Shown here: piece by piece, positions 35,545 to 45,023 of the stretch | How positions within the stretch are numbered: the first letter of the stretch is position 1 | Layout: each line of letters starts with the position of its first letter | Source of the DNA: Candidatus Woesearchaeota archaeon | GTDB taxonomy: Archaea > Nanobdellota > Nanobdellia > Woesearchaeales > ARS49 | Direction: 5' to 3' | Assembly (NCBI GenBank): GCA_018302815.1 | Contig: JAGVZE010000009.1 | Span: 56,149 to 120,148, forward strand | DNA: 64,000 bases | The notes under the pieces: model-generated | The model's input: only the letters and a program-made list of their open reading frames with translations | What the model was told of the DNA's origin: nothing | Database searches by the model: none | Position numbers and translations under genes: made by a program

Positions 35545-38096
35545 GGAAGCTTCTCGCGCAAGTCATTGCTCATATAATTGCAATAAGCAGACTCCTGAGT
35601 AACAGGCTTATGAGAACAATAAGGAATGCCCTTGCCCGCAGCAGCGTACACATCTACGCACTGGACGAACTTTCCATCAACATAAAGCGGCTCGTAGCCC
35701 ATACCGCAACTCGCGTCCCAGAACCTGCACGTCGCAGGATTAGAACAAATCACGCCCGCTGCAGGAGCTGGAATCTCAAGCGAAGGAGCGGAAGGCCCCT
35801 TGAACAACTGGCGCAGCCAAGCCGTGAACTTCTGCCAAAGCGAAACCTTCTCTACAGGCGAAGGAACCTCCAAAATCGGAGCAGGAGGACAGGTGCACGA
35901 CAATTTCGTTTGCGCATCCATATAATTGCACTTCAAACTACCCCTTGATATAGGCATAGTTCCGCAATAAGGAACACCTTCTGCAGCAGCCTTGTATGGG
36001 TCAACACAACCCTGCGCCTGACCATCCGCCATCAACTGATCAGTACCAAGGCCGCAACCTGAAAACACACGGCACTTGCCCGCAATGGCGCAAGTAGGAA
36101 CTTGACACTTGCAACCATTGCACGACATACCTGTCGGACAATCAGCCGCACTCTCGCACTGCTCACCAGGCTCTATAATCTTGTTGCCACAAGCAGGAGC
36201 TTGACACTTGCAGCCATTGCAAACAAGCCCTGCAGCGCAATCGGCAGCTACTTCACACTGCTCGCCAACTTCCAAAATCTTGTTACCGCACGCAGCCTTA
36301 GGCTTTGCAACACAAGTCTTGCAGTCATTCGAACACGTTCCGCGCTCGAAAACATTCGGAGTCGCGCACAAACTTGCAGGAGGATCGCAATATTCAGGAG
36401 CCACTATCAAGCCATCACCGCACTTTTGAACAGGAGAAGGCACTTGCTGGCCCGGCTTCATCAAAGCCGCGCGCTCGAAAGTTATCCAAACTTCAGCGCC
36501 AGCGCCGCCGCTTGAACCGCCCGAATAAGAACCAGGCATTATAAGACGCAAACTGTCGCTGTCGCTCTCAGTATCCCAATCGAACAAAATTCCGTATTGA
36601 GTCAAACCCTGCTTTCTGCCATCAACGCTTTCAAGCTCGAAAACAGCGCCCTGAGGCGATGGGACATTCAAATCTATTTCAGCGCCGAAAAGAATGCTGA
36701 ACTGAGTGTTCTCATCAGCTACCGCCTCATCGAACAAACGCTCAGGAGTAGTAATAGTAATTGTGAAACCCGGACCGAAATCAACTCTTGAGCCGCCCGC
36801 GAAAACGAAACGCGCCTCGCCACCGCTTATGCTGTTATCATTAGTCTGGTCCATCGCAAGAGAATCACCCGCTCCGACAACAAACTCGTACGTGCCTTCG
36901 CCGACAAGAAGCTGGCCTTCTCCAGTCACTGAATCAAACGTCGCAGTCCTAGAATTGCCCGCGAGGTCCTCGAAATAAAGCTGATTGCCTTCCCTTCTAT
37001 CATATCGCAGAACGTGCGAAGAACCCGAAATATCATTCTTGCTATTGACTAGGAAATAATCATCAACGTTGATGTTAGGAGCAGCTGAATTCGCAGCCTC
37101 GACAAAAACAAAATTCCTGCCACGATTACCATATGAACCCGGAAGCTGAGCCAGCGGAATGTTATAAGTTTGGCCCCTCGTGTTGGTCGCAGTCATAACA
37201 TACTCGTCATCTCCTCTTGGACTGATGCGAACCTCGTTGCCTGAAATTCCGCTTACAACAACGTTCCCGCCAGAACCGCCTAAGCCCTTGTAACAAATGT
37301 CGAAATCAGGAGAGAGCATGCCCAACGGATATTGGAGGAATTCGCGCACACAATGAAGCGGAAGAACCTGAAGATCGCCTCCCTCCTTCGCGTTCGCATT
37401 CAAAATGTACTGAAGAGAATAAATAACAAGAAAATCACTGCTCTCGGTCGCCTTTATCTTCACCAGCGCATCGATGCTCTGGCCGTTCACCTTGACACCA
37501 CTATAATAATTGTCATCCGCGTAATTGCCGTCGGTGAATTCAATGCTTCCAAACCCTCCGAAAAGCTTGAGCGAAACGCGATTGCTGTCAGTGTTCACAT
37601 TAGAATCGACAATACTATAAGTGTCGCCGAGCAACATTATATCCTCATCCTCAATATCAGGAAGAGAATTATCTTCTATGTTGCTCTGAAGACCTGAACC
37701 AAATTCTATCTGGTATTTGAAAACAGCATCTTCGAATTCAAGAAAATCAGTAACATCGCCAAGCTCGTGCTGGCCGAACACCATCCTTGCGCCATTGAAC
37801 GTGCCAGGGTCTCTGAAACGAAGGCTCTGGACGTAGTCTGTCCTGCCCTCGGCTCCATGAACTGTCCCCGAACGAAGACCTGAAATCTGTGTGCCGGTCA
37901 AACTCTCAACCTCATTGCCAAGATACTCACCGACCTCAAGACGCGCAATTACAGTGTCAGATGGTGAACTCGCAGCCTGTCCAACAAAAACTGTCGCGAA
38001 AGGAGCTGGCCTATCAAGAAGAGAAACTGAAAGCATAAGCGTCGCGATACCTACCACCGCGACAATTGCCAAAATACTTATCGGAACGTGACGCAT
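35529..38096 (-). CDS. large cell-surface protein with N-terminal signal/TM and C-terminal tandem Cys-rich repeats
   Basis: 855 aa. The hydrophobic N-terminus is 'ISILAIVAVVGIATLMLSVSLL'. The C-terminal repeats are 'ACGNKI(L/I)E.GEQCE.AADC..G..CNGCKCQ.P.C' x2, plus further Cys-rich modules. The underlying ~96-nt tandem repeats lie at about 36100-36300. Confidence 0.55.
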   Translation of the reverse strand: MRHVPISILAIVAVVGIATLMLSVSLLDRPAPFATVFVGQAASSPSDTVIARLEVGEYLGNEVESLTGTQISGLRSGTVHGAEGRTDYVQSLRFRDPGTFNGARMVFGQHELGDVTDFLEFEDAVFKYQIEFGSGLQSNIEDNSLPDIEDEDIMLLGDTYSIVDSNVNTDSNRVSLKLFGGFGSIEFTDGNYADDNYYSGVKVNGQSIDALVKIKATESSDFLVIYSLQYILNANAKEGGDLQVLPLHCVREFLQYPLGMLSPDFDICYKGLGGSGGNVVVSGISGNEVRISPRGDDEYVMTATNTRGQTYNIPLAQLPGSYGNRGRNFVFVEAANSAAPNINVDDYFLVNSKNDISGSSHVLRYDRREGNQLYFEDLAGNSRTATFDSVTGEGQLLVGEGTYEFVVGAGDSLAMDQTNDNSISGGEARFVFAGGSRVDFGPGFTITITTPERLFDEAVADENTQFSILFGAEIDLNVPSPQGAVFELESVDGRKQGLTQYGILFDWDTESDSDSLRLIMPGSYSGGSSGGAGAEVWITFERAALMKPGQQVPSPVQKCGDGLIVAPEYCDPPASLCATPNVFERGTCSNDCKTCVAKPKAACGNKILEVGEQCEVAADCAAGLVCNGCKCQAPACGNKIIEPGEQCESAADCPTGMSCNGCKCQVPTCAIAGKCRVFSGCGLGTDQLMADGQAQGCVDPYKAAAEGVPYCGTMPISRGSLKCNYMDAQTKLSCTCPPAPILEVPSPVEKVSLWQKFTAWLRQLFKGPSAPSLEIPAPAAGVICSNPATCRFWDASCGMGYEPLYVDGKFVQCVDVYAAAGKGIPYCSHKPVTQESAYCNYMSNDLREKLPCVCR

Positions 38097-38142
38097 AACA
38101 CCTCTTTACCAGTATAGAGAAGTGTATACTATTTAAATTTTT

Positions 38143-38667
38143 TCATTTACAAAAAATCGGCAAAACTCCTTGACACTCAAGAGATTTTCTTGCACGCTCG
38201 ACGAGAACATCATATTGTAAATCAACAACAGGAATATTTTTCACGAACTCCTGAATCTCAAACATCTGCTCGTTCTTTATCTCGGGAAACATCCTGCAAA
38301 TTTCAGGACGGTCCTCGTAAATAGTGCACTCGTTGTCGCCCTTAAGGAACGGACAAATATCGTGATCGACGAACCAGTCCCAGACCACTGCTTTGTCGTT
38401 CACAGCATCATAGATGACTTTTTTTGGAAGAATTGAAATCGAGACGCTGCGCTCTTTGGCTATACGTTCAAGACGCGCTTTCTCCTCGTGGCTAAGAGAG
38501 ATAGTGTAACGGTTCATCGGATACAAATAAATGACTCGCGTACGCGCATAGACTTTCTGCTTTATGGTCAGTTCGTCAACTACATCCATCCTGAAATTCT
38601 CGCGGATCTTGCAGCAGCCGCCACAGCGGTTGCAAGGCTCGCCGTTTTGACAAGGAAATTTGGCCAT
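38143..38667 (-). CDS. YkgJ-family Fe-S/Zn-binding protein (CxxCxxCC)
   Basis: 'CNRCGGCC' near the N-terminus, and a later 'CPFL...C.IYEDRPEICRMFP', match the UPF0153/YkgJ pattern. Confidence 0.55.
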   Translation of the reverse strand: MAKFPCQNGEPCNRCGGCCKIRENFRMDVVDELTIKQKVYARTRVIYLYPMNRYTISLSHEEKARLERIAKERSVSISILPKKVIYDAVNDKAVVWDWFVDHDICPFLKGDNECTIYEDRPEICRMFPEIKNEQMFEIQEFVKNIPVVDLQYDVLVERARKSLECQGVLPIFCK

Positions 38668-38816
38668 AGTGTAAATTGAAACTACATATTAAAGAAATAG
38701 AACAAAAAAAGGTATTTAAAAAGCTTTGGACTACTCGTCGTCAGAGCTGTCGTCGTCATCAAAGTCGTCGAAATCGTCGTCAGACATATAGGTCACCCCG
38801 GCTATTACTCGTGTTC

Positions 38817-38972
38817 CTACTTCTTTCCAAGGATACGGAAGACTTTTGTTCCGCACGTACCGCAAACGCCCTTAAGAGCTTTCATACCATTCTTCATAAT
38901 TGTCTCTTTGGCGTCCTTAATTGGCACCTGCTTCTTGCACTTCATACATCTACCTTCCATAACTGCTGCCAT
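38817..38972 (-). CDS. small zinc-ribbon protein (DUF5679-like, 51 aa)
   Basis: Read by hand: MAAVMEGRCMKCKKQVPIKDAKETIMKNGMKALKGVCGTCGTKVFRILGKK. It has two CxxC pairs with the 'KNG.KAL.G.C..CGT' spacing of a conserved small archaeal protein family. Confidence 0.4.
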   Translation of the reverse strand: MAAVMEGRCMKCKKQVPIKDAKETIMKNGMKALKGVCGTCGTKVFRILGKK

Positions 38973-39090
38973 AGTCAATCACCCCTCCAAGAGTGTTGGA
39001 TGTTCTTGAGCCATGAATTGATATAAAGCTTTGCATAAAGTGTAGTAATTTCTTAGTAGCGAAAGAGCCATGAATAACGTGCAAGGAGTC

Positions 39091-39678
39091 TTAAACGTCC
39101 ACGAAAACCCTGTGCTTCTCTGCCCCACTGAGTTCTAGCAAAATACGACGCATAACAATCTTTTCAGGGTCAGGCATCAGTTTAACACGAGCTTTTATAT
39201 CAGCAAAGCTCTCAAACGGCTTTTCTTCACGCTTTTCAATCAATTCCCACATATGTTTCTTGCCTAAGCCCGGCAAAAGCTCCAAACTGTGCATCCGAGT
39301 CGTTAACGGCTGACTTTTGTTGAAAAACTCCACGAAACGAGCTTCGTTTTTCTTTATTATATCGTGAAGCACGAAGTCAAGAGTGTTCTTTCCAGTAGCA
39401 GTAAGTTTATCGACGGTAAGCCTGCCAACAATGTGATGAATCTGGTCGCGCTTGCCTTCGCCAATATAGACCTCTGCAAGAGGCTGAAGGAACACATCAC
39501 GCTTAGGCACAAGCTCCAACAGAACCAAATGAGAAACGCCTATAGCCTGAACAAGAGGAGTCTTTTTATGAGAAGGCCTTGAATCTAACGGATCACCGTG
39601 CGGCAAGAAGTCTAGAACAATCGCTTTTTCCTCCCGAACTCTCTGCTCGGGTGACTGCATTTGATATCCTTCTTCCAT
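39091..39678 (-). CDS. DUF655/COG1491-like predicted nucleic-acid-binding protein
   Basis: An N-terminal OB-like segment ('AIVLDFLPHGDP...') is followed by a helix-hairpin-helix-like segment ('LELLPGLGKKHMWELIEKR'). It sits in the conserved archaeal L21e-RpoF neighbourhood. Confidence 0.45.
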   Translation of the reverse strand: MEEGYQMQSPEQRVREEKAIVLDFLPHGDPLDSRPSHKKTPLVQAIGVSHLVLLELVPKRDVFLQPLAEVYIGEGKRDQIHHIVGRLTVDKLTATGKNTLDFVLHDIIKKNEARFVEFFNKSQPLTTRMHSLELLPGLGKKHMWELIEKREEKPFESFADIKARVKLMPDPEKIVMRRILLELSGAEKHRVFVDV

Positions 39679-39753
39679 CGTAATTATACTCTTGCATTTT
39701 GCTTTAAACAGTGTAGAACGCCTAAGTATATATAATTTTGCACGATAAAGACG

Positions 39754-40527
39754 CTATTGGCGAGGTTTTCGGCTCTGCTGGGCAACTGAAGCGATATGAT
39801 CGTAGAGCGCCATGACCGACATAAACGCTATCTCCTCAACTATCTGCGCGCTAGCATCCCGCAAAGAACCAACTGATGGAATACCACCATACAGAAGCTG
39901 AACTAATCCTTGCATTTCCTGCACATCATAACCCGGATGGCTCACCGTTAACGAACGTGAACCATGAACACCGTGCTTTAAAAGAACATCCAACTCAGCC
40001 TTAGGAACAAGCACGCCATTATCCGCAAGAATTCGCACTGTCAAACGCTCGCCGAACCCAACAGATTTGAGCGAAGGAGAACTTAGCACACGATGATAAT
40101 CATCCGCCAAGGTCTTACCTTGCAAATACTCTGCAGGAACAAGACCTGTTCTCACATGAACATACACAGGAACACTCTCGCCCTGCGCGAAAACCGGAGC
40201 AGGCGTCTCATTCCTCAAAAACTTCAAACACTGCTCGTCACCCATTCGCACATCAGTCAAGACACCCGGCGGAAGCACGCCAAGAACAGTCTCTAAGCCT
40301 GACTTTTTCGAACGCGCGCCCTGCGGCAAAACAAGAGAAGCTACAGCACTGATATCGCCTGCTTTCGTTCTAATAAACGCTATGACGTCATCCTCGCTAG
40401 GTTGAGTGTATTTATCAATCAATAAAAGATCAGCCATAAGAACAGGCTGGCCCTCTAGAAGAACCTGCTGCTCGCGCGAATAAACAGTGTTCTCGACAAC
40501 CTCAGTATAGCCTGGAAAATTCATCAT
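39754..40527 (-). CDS. conserved hypothetical protein
   Basis: 257 aa, between rpoF and the DUF655 gene. No motif recognised. Confidence 0.4.
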   Translation of the reverse strand: MMNFPGYTEVVENTVYSREQQVLLEGQPVLMADLLLIDKYTQPSEDDVIAFIRTKAGDISAVASLVLPQGARSKKSGLETVLGVLPPGVLTDVRMGDEQCLKFLRNETPAPVFAQGESVPVYVHVRTGLVPAEYLQGKTLADDYHRVLSSPSLKSVGFGERLTVRILADNGVLVPKAELDVLLKHGVHGSRSLTVSHPGYDVQEMQGLVQLLYGGIPSVGSLRDASAQIVEEIAFMSVMALYDHIASVAQQSRKPRQ

Positions 40528-40560
40528 AAAACAAACCTGAAAAGAACTCAGATATAAAGC

Positions 40561-40905
40561 TTACTTGGCATATTGCGCTACAGCATCCGCAATCTTCTTG
40601 CAGGACTCCGCAGAAACAGTAACCTGATAACCCTGAAGAACGGTCTTAACATCTTTTGCTGAAACCGGCATCAAGTCGATAATTTTGTGAAAATGAATGT
40701 CACGAAGCCTTGGAACCTCGAGCTTGCCAAGAGCTTCGAAAAGATCCTTTGCAGTCTTAGCGTCAAGCGTTCCTAAACTCTCAAAATAGTCAAGAGCTTT
40801 CTGAGCCCTAAAACCAAGCTCGCCATCACGCACCTTAATGCGGTTAAGCTCAGCGTGAACCTGAGGAGCGTTCAAAGCAGCCTGAGAAATAACTTTCTGC
40901 GCCAT
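40561..40905 (-). CDS. rpoF: DNA-directed RNA polymerase subunit F (Rpo4)
   Basis: 114-aa helical protein. 'GELGFRAQKALDYFESLGTLDAKTAKDLFEAL' follows the RpoF pattern (sYEQ..alDYl..f..ld.e.A..lveeL). Located directly downstream of L21e, as in many archaea. Confidence 0.55.
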   Translation of the reverse strand: MAQKVISQAALNAPQVHAELNRIKVRDGELGFRAQKALDYFESLGTLDAKTAKDLFEALGKLEVPRLRDIHFHKIIDLMPVSAKDVKTVLQGYQVTVSAESCKKIADAVAQYAK

Positions 40906-41213
40906 TATGCCTTCATCTCCAATTTCTTCATGTGAACAGGATGAACAACAATCATCTTAGTCTTACCGCCGTCCTTAATCTCAAGCTCGTAACAATCTCC
41001 TCTGCTGCCCACGATGAAACCCGCTTTGCCGTGGAAACGCTGGTGGTACAAAGCCTTTTGGACCGCAGGCTCAGCTGAAAGAACAGCTCTTTCACCAACA
41101 GCGTACGGAGTGAAGTATTTAGTCAAAGAAATCTTACCCTTCGATCTTGGATGCTTCCTGAATAGGCGTCTTGTGCCTGCCCTTGATCCACCCTTTCGCG
41201 ATGACATACGCAA
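40905..41213 (-). CDS. rpl21e: 50S ribosomal protein L21e
   Basis: 'SSRKGGSRAGTRRLFRKHPRSKGKISLTKYF' matches the L21e N-terminus. 102 aa. Confidence 0.8.
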   Translation of the reverse strand: MRMSSRKGGSRAGTRRLFRKHPRSKGKISLTKYFTPYAVGERAVLSAEPAVQKALYHQRFHGKAGFIVGSRGDCYELEIKDGGKTKMIVVHPVHMKKLEMKA

Positions 41214-41252
41214 GAAGTGTTGAGGAGGGGTTTATAAAGGTTACTATTCCAA

Positions 41253-43220
41253 TCAGTATTCTTTGAGATCAAGCACGCGAACTTTCACTCCAACAGGCAC
41301 GCCCGCCCTAGAAAGCTCAGATACAAGAGCGCCCTTGAACGAAGAAACATCAGAGGGAACGTTGAACGCGGCATAAGGCACTCCCATCACTTCAACAGCA
41401 GGAATCTGCGCTCCAAGCAAAAGCTCGACTGCCTCAAGACACTTGTGCTCAAGCGGAGCCACCGATGCGGAAACATCCACAGGAGCTAACATATGCTTAT
41501 CAACCATGTTGACGACCAGCTCAAGAACTGAAGACTCGACAATCTTCACATGCTTGTCCCGATCAGCAATCACCTGGTCGTAATGCGCCTTGTGCTTTAC
41601 CGAAACATCATAATCATCCACAAACTTCTGAGCTTCAGCGCGATTGATGAACGGATTCCCTTCAGGAAGCTCTAAAACATTCTTTGCAGCAGCATACTTC
41701 TTTGACGCATCGGCATCCAATTCCTTGAAGTCAGAAAGCTTTTTGCCACCAAACACATCAGACGCCAATTCTTCGTCAAGTATACGAATGTACGAAAACG
41801 CGTCCTTAGACTCACTTGAAAAACTCGAAGGCACATACACCGGACGGCGGGAAATCTCGTCCTCAAGAGATTGTATAGCGCTCTTGCACTCCTCGTGCGA
41901 AACAACAACAGCAGGACTTTCTGAAGCTCTCTCGCCCCTTAAAAACTCATCCAAATCGTGCTCGAGCTGCTCTTTTGCGGCAAGCGCATCCTCCTTCTCC
42001 TTTTGAGCGTTCTCCAGCTTTGCCGTGTAACTTTCAACCTGTCCTTTGAAGTAAACAACAGCCCTCTCCAAAAGCTGAAGCTTTCTTTCCGAAGGCATCT
42101 TGTCTTCCTCATCTTGCTCGTAGGTATTGGCAAGAACTAGTTCTGCTTTTCGCTGCTCGCGCTCGTTGAATAACTGCAACTGTCTTGCCACAAGAGACTT
42201 AAGCGCATCAATTGTGAATTCAGTTGAGCTTACACGTATGAGCTTTGCACCATTATCAAGAACAGCCCTCACTCCCTTAGCAGACAGATGATCATTAAGA
42301 GTGTTCTTGAAATTGACTCCCTCCGGAGGCATCCTCGTGATAGAATACTCCACAAAATATTGTGTTTTCTTAGCGCGATACGACTCGAGCGCAGCGCGTA
42401 AATCATTGCACTCCTTTTCCATACGCCAACTATACATCTCAGGCATACGAAGCGGTTTGCCGTCAACCTGTGTAGAAGTGAAATGAATCCAGTCTGAATC
42501 CACACTTGCTGAAGAATCATATTTTCCGGTGAAAACCACAAAATTGTTCGGGTCTCGACCAGTCACCAAAGCGCCAATGTGCATCGGACTTTCAGGATTG
42601 AACAAAAGCCGAGCGCAATCCTGAGCAAGCACGCTTTGACATTTGTCAAGAGTGACCAGCGCCACAGGAACGCTTTTCTCATAGAACTGCGTGAACGCGT
42701 ACGCGACAAGCTCAATATCCGCTTTGCTAGGACGCCTGTCCTCTCCTGCGAAAACTTTTCCGTTCACTTTATCGATAAAACTTGTGAACCCAGCAGTCCT
42801 CACATTAGCAGAAGGCACCCTGCGCCTCATATTCTTGTAAACTTCATCGCGCAGAACCTTAAGAGAAGAAATGTTCGCACGGCAAGCGTGGTCAACAGAA
42901 CCGGAAATACCGTCAAGAAACACCAAATCTGAAATCTCGGAAAGCTGCATCGGAGACGAATAAACACTTTCGTCATCAAGAACTGTCCTCTTCACACGCC
43001 TGAAAAGATCGAGCGCGTCCTGGAATGAAAGCGGATCTTTGCAGCCATCCCTCTTTCCGAAAAGTGAAGATAACGTAGGACTAGTCGGAGCGCAGATAAA
43101 GCTCGCATCCACAAATAATGAGCCGTCGATGAACGGACGCAGCGCGCCGGTAGGGTCAGTAACTCCTGCGAACTGCTTATCCATCAACTTAAGCATCGTT
43201 TCGAGCCCGATATCAACCAT
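41253..43220 (-). CDS. large hypothetical protein with a coiled-coil segment
   Basis: 655 aa. The central region (EREQRKAELV...KLENAQKEKEDALAAKEQLEHDLDEF) is a predicted coiled coil. No catalytic motif. Confidence 0.45.
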   Translation of the reverse strand: MVDIGLETMLKLMDKQFAGVTDPTGALRPFIDGSLFVDASFICAPTSPTLSSLFGKRDGCKDPLSFQDALDLFRRVKRTVLDDESVYSSPMQLSEISDLVFLDGISGSVDHACRANISSLKVLRDEVYKNMRRRVPSANVRTAGFTSFIDKVNGKVFAGEDRRPSKADIELVAYAFTQFYEKSVPVALVTLDKCQSVLAQDCARLLFNPESPMHIGALVTGRDPNNFVVFTGKYDSSASVDSDWIHFTSTQVDGKPLRMPEMYSWRMEKECNDLRAALESYRAKKTQYFVEYSITRMPPEGVNFKNTLNDHLSAKGVRAVLDNGAKLIRVSSTEFTIDALKSLVARQLQLFNEREQRKAELVLANTYEQDEEDKMPSERKLQLLERAVVYFKGQVESYTAKLENAQKEKEDALAAKEQLEHDLDEFLRGERASESPAVVVSHEECKSAIQSLEDEISRRPVYVPSSFSSESKDAFSYIRILDEELASDVFGGKKLSDFKELDADASKKYAAAKNVLELPEGNPFINRAEAQKFVDDYDVSVKHKAHYDQVIADRDKHVKIVESSVLELVVNMVDKHMLAPVDVSASVAPLEHKCLEAVELLLGAQIPAVEVMGVPYAAFNVPSDVSSFKGALVSELSRAGVPVGVKVRVLDLKEY

Positions 43221-43387
43221 GACCCGACTGGAAAGAAGGCCCTTTATAAATCTTACCTTTTAAACCACTTAGCAGTAATGACTTTTCATTGAAGTTTCCC
43301 ATCATCATTTTGGAGTTCCGAAGAATTTATAAATATCAAATACGTCCATTCCTACAAGAGTGATGAATAAAATCGAGGTGTTGTGAT

Positions 43388-43795
43388 ATGGGCCTATTTA
43401 CAAAAATAAAAGACAAGTTCTCCTCACCAAAATATGAGGAACTAGAAAAAGAATCCGAATACGTCGAACTTGAAAACGACAGCGAAGTGCAACGCTCAAA
43501 AGTTATGGTGCGACCATTCCTGCTTGAAGATTTTGACGACGTGAAGCCAGTACTTGATTCGCTGCGCGAAGGATACACCATCGCGCTCGTGAACATACGA
43601 CCGCTCAAGGAAAAAGACCTTGTGGAATTGAAACGCGCGATCAACAAGATAAAGAAAACAACCGACGCAGTCGAAGGAGAAATCGCAGGATTCGGCGATG
43701 ACTTCCTCGTTGTGACCCCCGCGTTCGCAAGCATCTACCGCAACAAACAGACAAAACAAGTCCAATCAGAAGAATCTGTGCATCTAGCGGATTAA
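43388..43795 (+). CDS. sepF: cell division protein SepF-like
   Basis: 'VMVRPFLLEDFDDVKPVLDSLREGYTIALVNIRPL...DAVEGEIAGFGDDFLVVTPAFASI' follows the SepF/DUF552 pattern. Confidence 0.55.
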   Translation: MGLFTKIKDKFSSPKYEELEKESEYVELENDSEVQRSKVMVRPFLLEDFDDVKPVLDSLREGYTIALVNIRPLKEKDLVELKRAINKIKKTTDAVEGEIAGFGDDFLVVTPAFASIYRNKQTKQVQSEESVHLAD

Positions 43796-43798
43796 TTT

Positions 43799-44032
43799 TT
43801 ATTTTTTATACCATTTTTCAAAATCTTCTCTTGTAATTTTCAATTCTTTCTTGATGATTCTCGTGAGCAAACCCGGACCTATTTCCTCTTTCGCATGAAC
43901 CGGAATCACCACAATCTGACCGTCAGGTCGTTTTAGAATATGATGACTGCCCTCCACACGAGCGAGAGTAAAACCTTGCTTCAGAAGAATTTTAACGAAC
44001 TCGCTCCCCTTCAACCTAGGAAGCTTTGCCAC
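43799..44032 (-). CDS. hicA: HicA-family mRNA interferase toxin
   Basis: 'LKGSEFVKILLKQGFTLARVEGSHHILKRPDGQIVVIPVHAKEEIGPGLLTRIIK' is a canonical HicA/YcfA sequence. Confidence 0.8.
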   Translation of the reverse strand: MAKLPRLKGSEFVKILLKQGFTLARVEGSHHILKRPDGQIVVIPVHAKEEIGPGLLTRIIKKELKITREDFEKWYKK

Positions 44033-44033
44033 C

Positions 44034-44240
44034 TTAAACCTCTATCGCGGCAATCTCCACAAATTTATGCTGAGAACTATCTTCCTCAACCACTGCAAGA
44101 TATCCCGTAATCGCCTCTTTAATACGAACAAGAAGCTCCTTCTTAGTCTTCGCCTGAGTATAGCAACCCGGAAGCTCCACTACCTCCGCCACAAACCATC
44201 CGTCCTCATCCTGCTCAATCACAATATTGAATTTTGCCAT
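44034..44240 (-). CDS. hicB: HicB-family antitoxin
   Basis: 'NIVIEQDEDGWFVAEVVELPGCYTQAKTKKE' is a HicB/UPF0150 N-terminal fold. It lies 1 nt upstream of hicA. Confidence 0.75.
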   Translation of the reverse strand: MAKFNIVIEQDEDGWFVAEVVELPGCYTQAKTKKELLVRIKEAITGYLAVVEEDSSQHKFVEIAAIEV

Positions 44241-44297
44241 GCAGTCCTAAATAGAATTTCGTTTTATAAACTCTTCGGTGAAAAATATGGAACTATT

Positions 44298-45023
44298 CTA
44301 ACGCGCAAGAACCACTAATGCATCACGCCAAGAAGTCCTATCAAGCTTGAATCGAGCATCGATGTACAAAGTTGTGTAAGGTTCATCCACATCCAACCTC
44401 AACACGCGGGTTCGCAGACTACGCGGACACGTAGTCATCAATGAATCCGAAACACCATAGAGATCGCGCACTTTTCGCGCCAACTGCACAGAACAGACGC
44501 GTTCAACAATAGGAACACGAACTTCTTCAAGCGGAGACGAGGCAGCTCTTGAAAGACGAACCCCCTCACTTGCGCAGTCCACTCCTTGAGCAAGAGGAGT
44601 GTAACCGTTCCTTGCTATCAATTCATCGCACACAGAAATAATATCAAAATGCATCAACTCAAACCTTCCAGAATACCTCACCGCAGAACAAGTATCAATA
44701 TAGTCAGACTCACACACCCTGTGAGCAGATTCGCACCGTCCACTCGTAAGTGCCTCGAGCGTCTCAGCCAAACTTAACGGCCGATATCTTCCGTTCACGA
44801 ACGGCTGAGATTCTGAAGCAACCGACTGCAAACCATCAATCATAAAACCATACGAATACTTCTCAAGAGGAAGACGCACAACCTCATACGAAGAAACAAC
44901 CCGCGCGTCAAAAGGAGCACTCTGCCCCGCACGCTTACGCGCAACACGCAGGCGAATGCCATCATCACGAGCGCCGGACTCGCTGAACCTGCGCTCCAAA
45001 TCACGAAGACGAGAATCGCTCAT
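44298..45023 (-). CDS. hypothetical protein, paralog family 1 (N-terminal MSDSRLRDLERRFSES)
   Basis: 241 aa. The N-terminal ~35 aa resemble those of the adjacent 265-aa gene. 4-nt start/stop overlap with it. Confidence 0.45.
   Translation of the reverse strand: MSDSRLRDLERRFSESGARDDGIRLRVARKRAGQSAPFDARVVSSYEVVRLPLEKYSYGFMIDGLQSVASESQPFVNGRYRPLSLAETLEALTSGRCESAHRVCESDYIDTCSAVRYSGRFELMHFDIISVCDELIARNGYTPLAQGVDCASEGVRLSRAASSPLEEVRVPIVERVCSVQLARKVRDLYGVSDSLMTTCPRSLRTRVLRLDVDEPYTTLYIDARFKLDRTSWRDALVVLAR

Noticed and set aside
35610-36978. Plus-strand ORFs of 73-137 aa
   Set aside because: They are antisense to the 855-aa surface-protein gene, within its repeat region.
38703-38759. 18-codon acidic ORF (MSDDDFDDFDDDDSSDDE) downstream of the small Zn-ribbon gene
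   Set aside because: It is too short and low-complexity to call. It is not continuous with the upstream frame because a TAG separates them.
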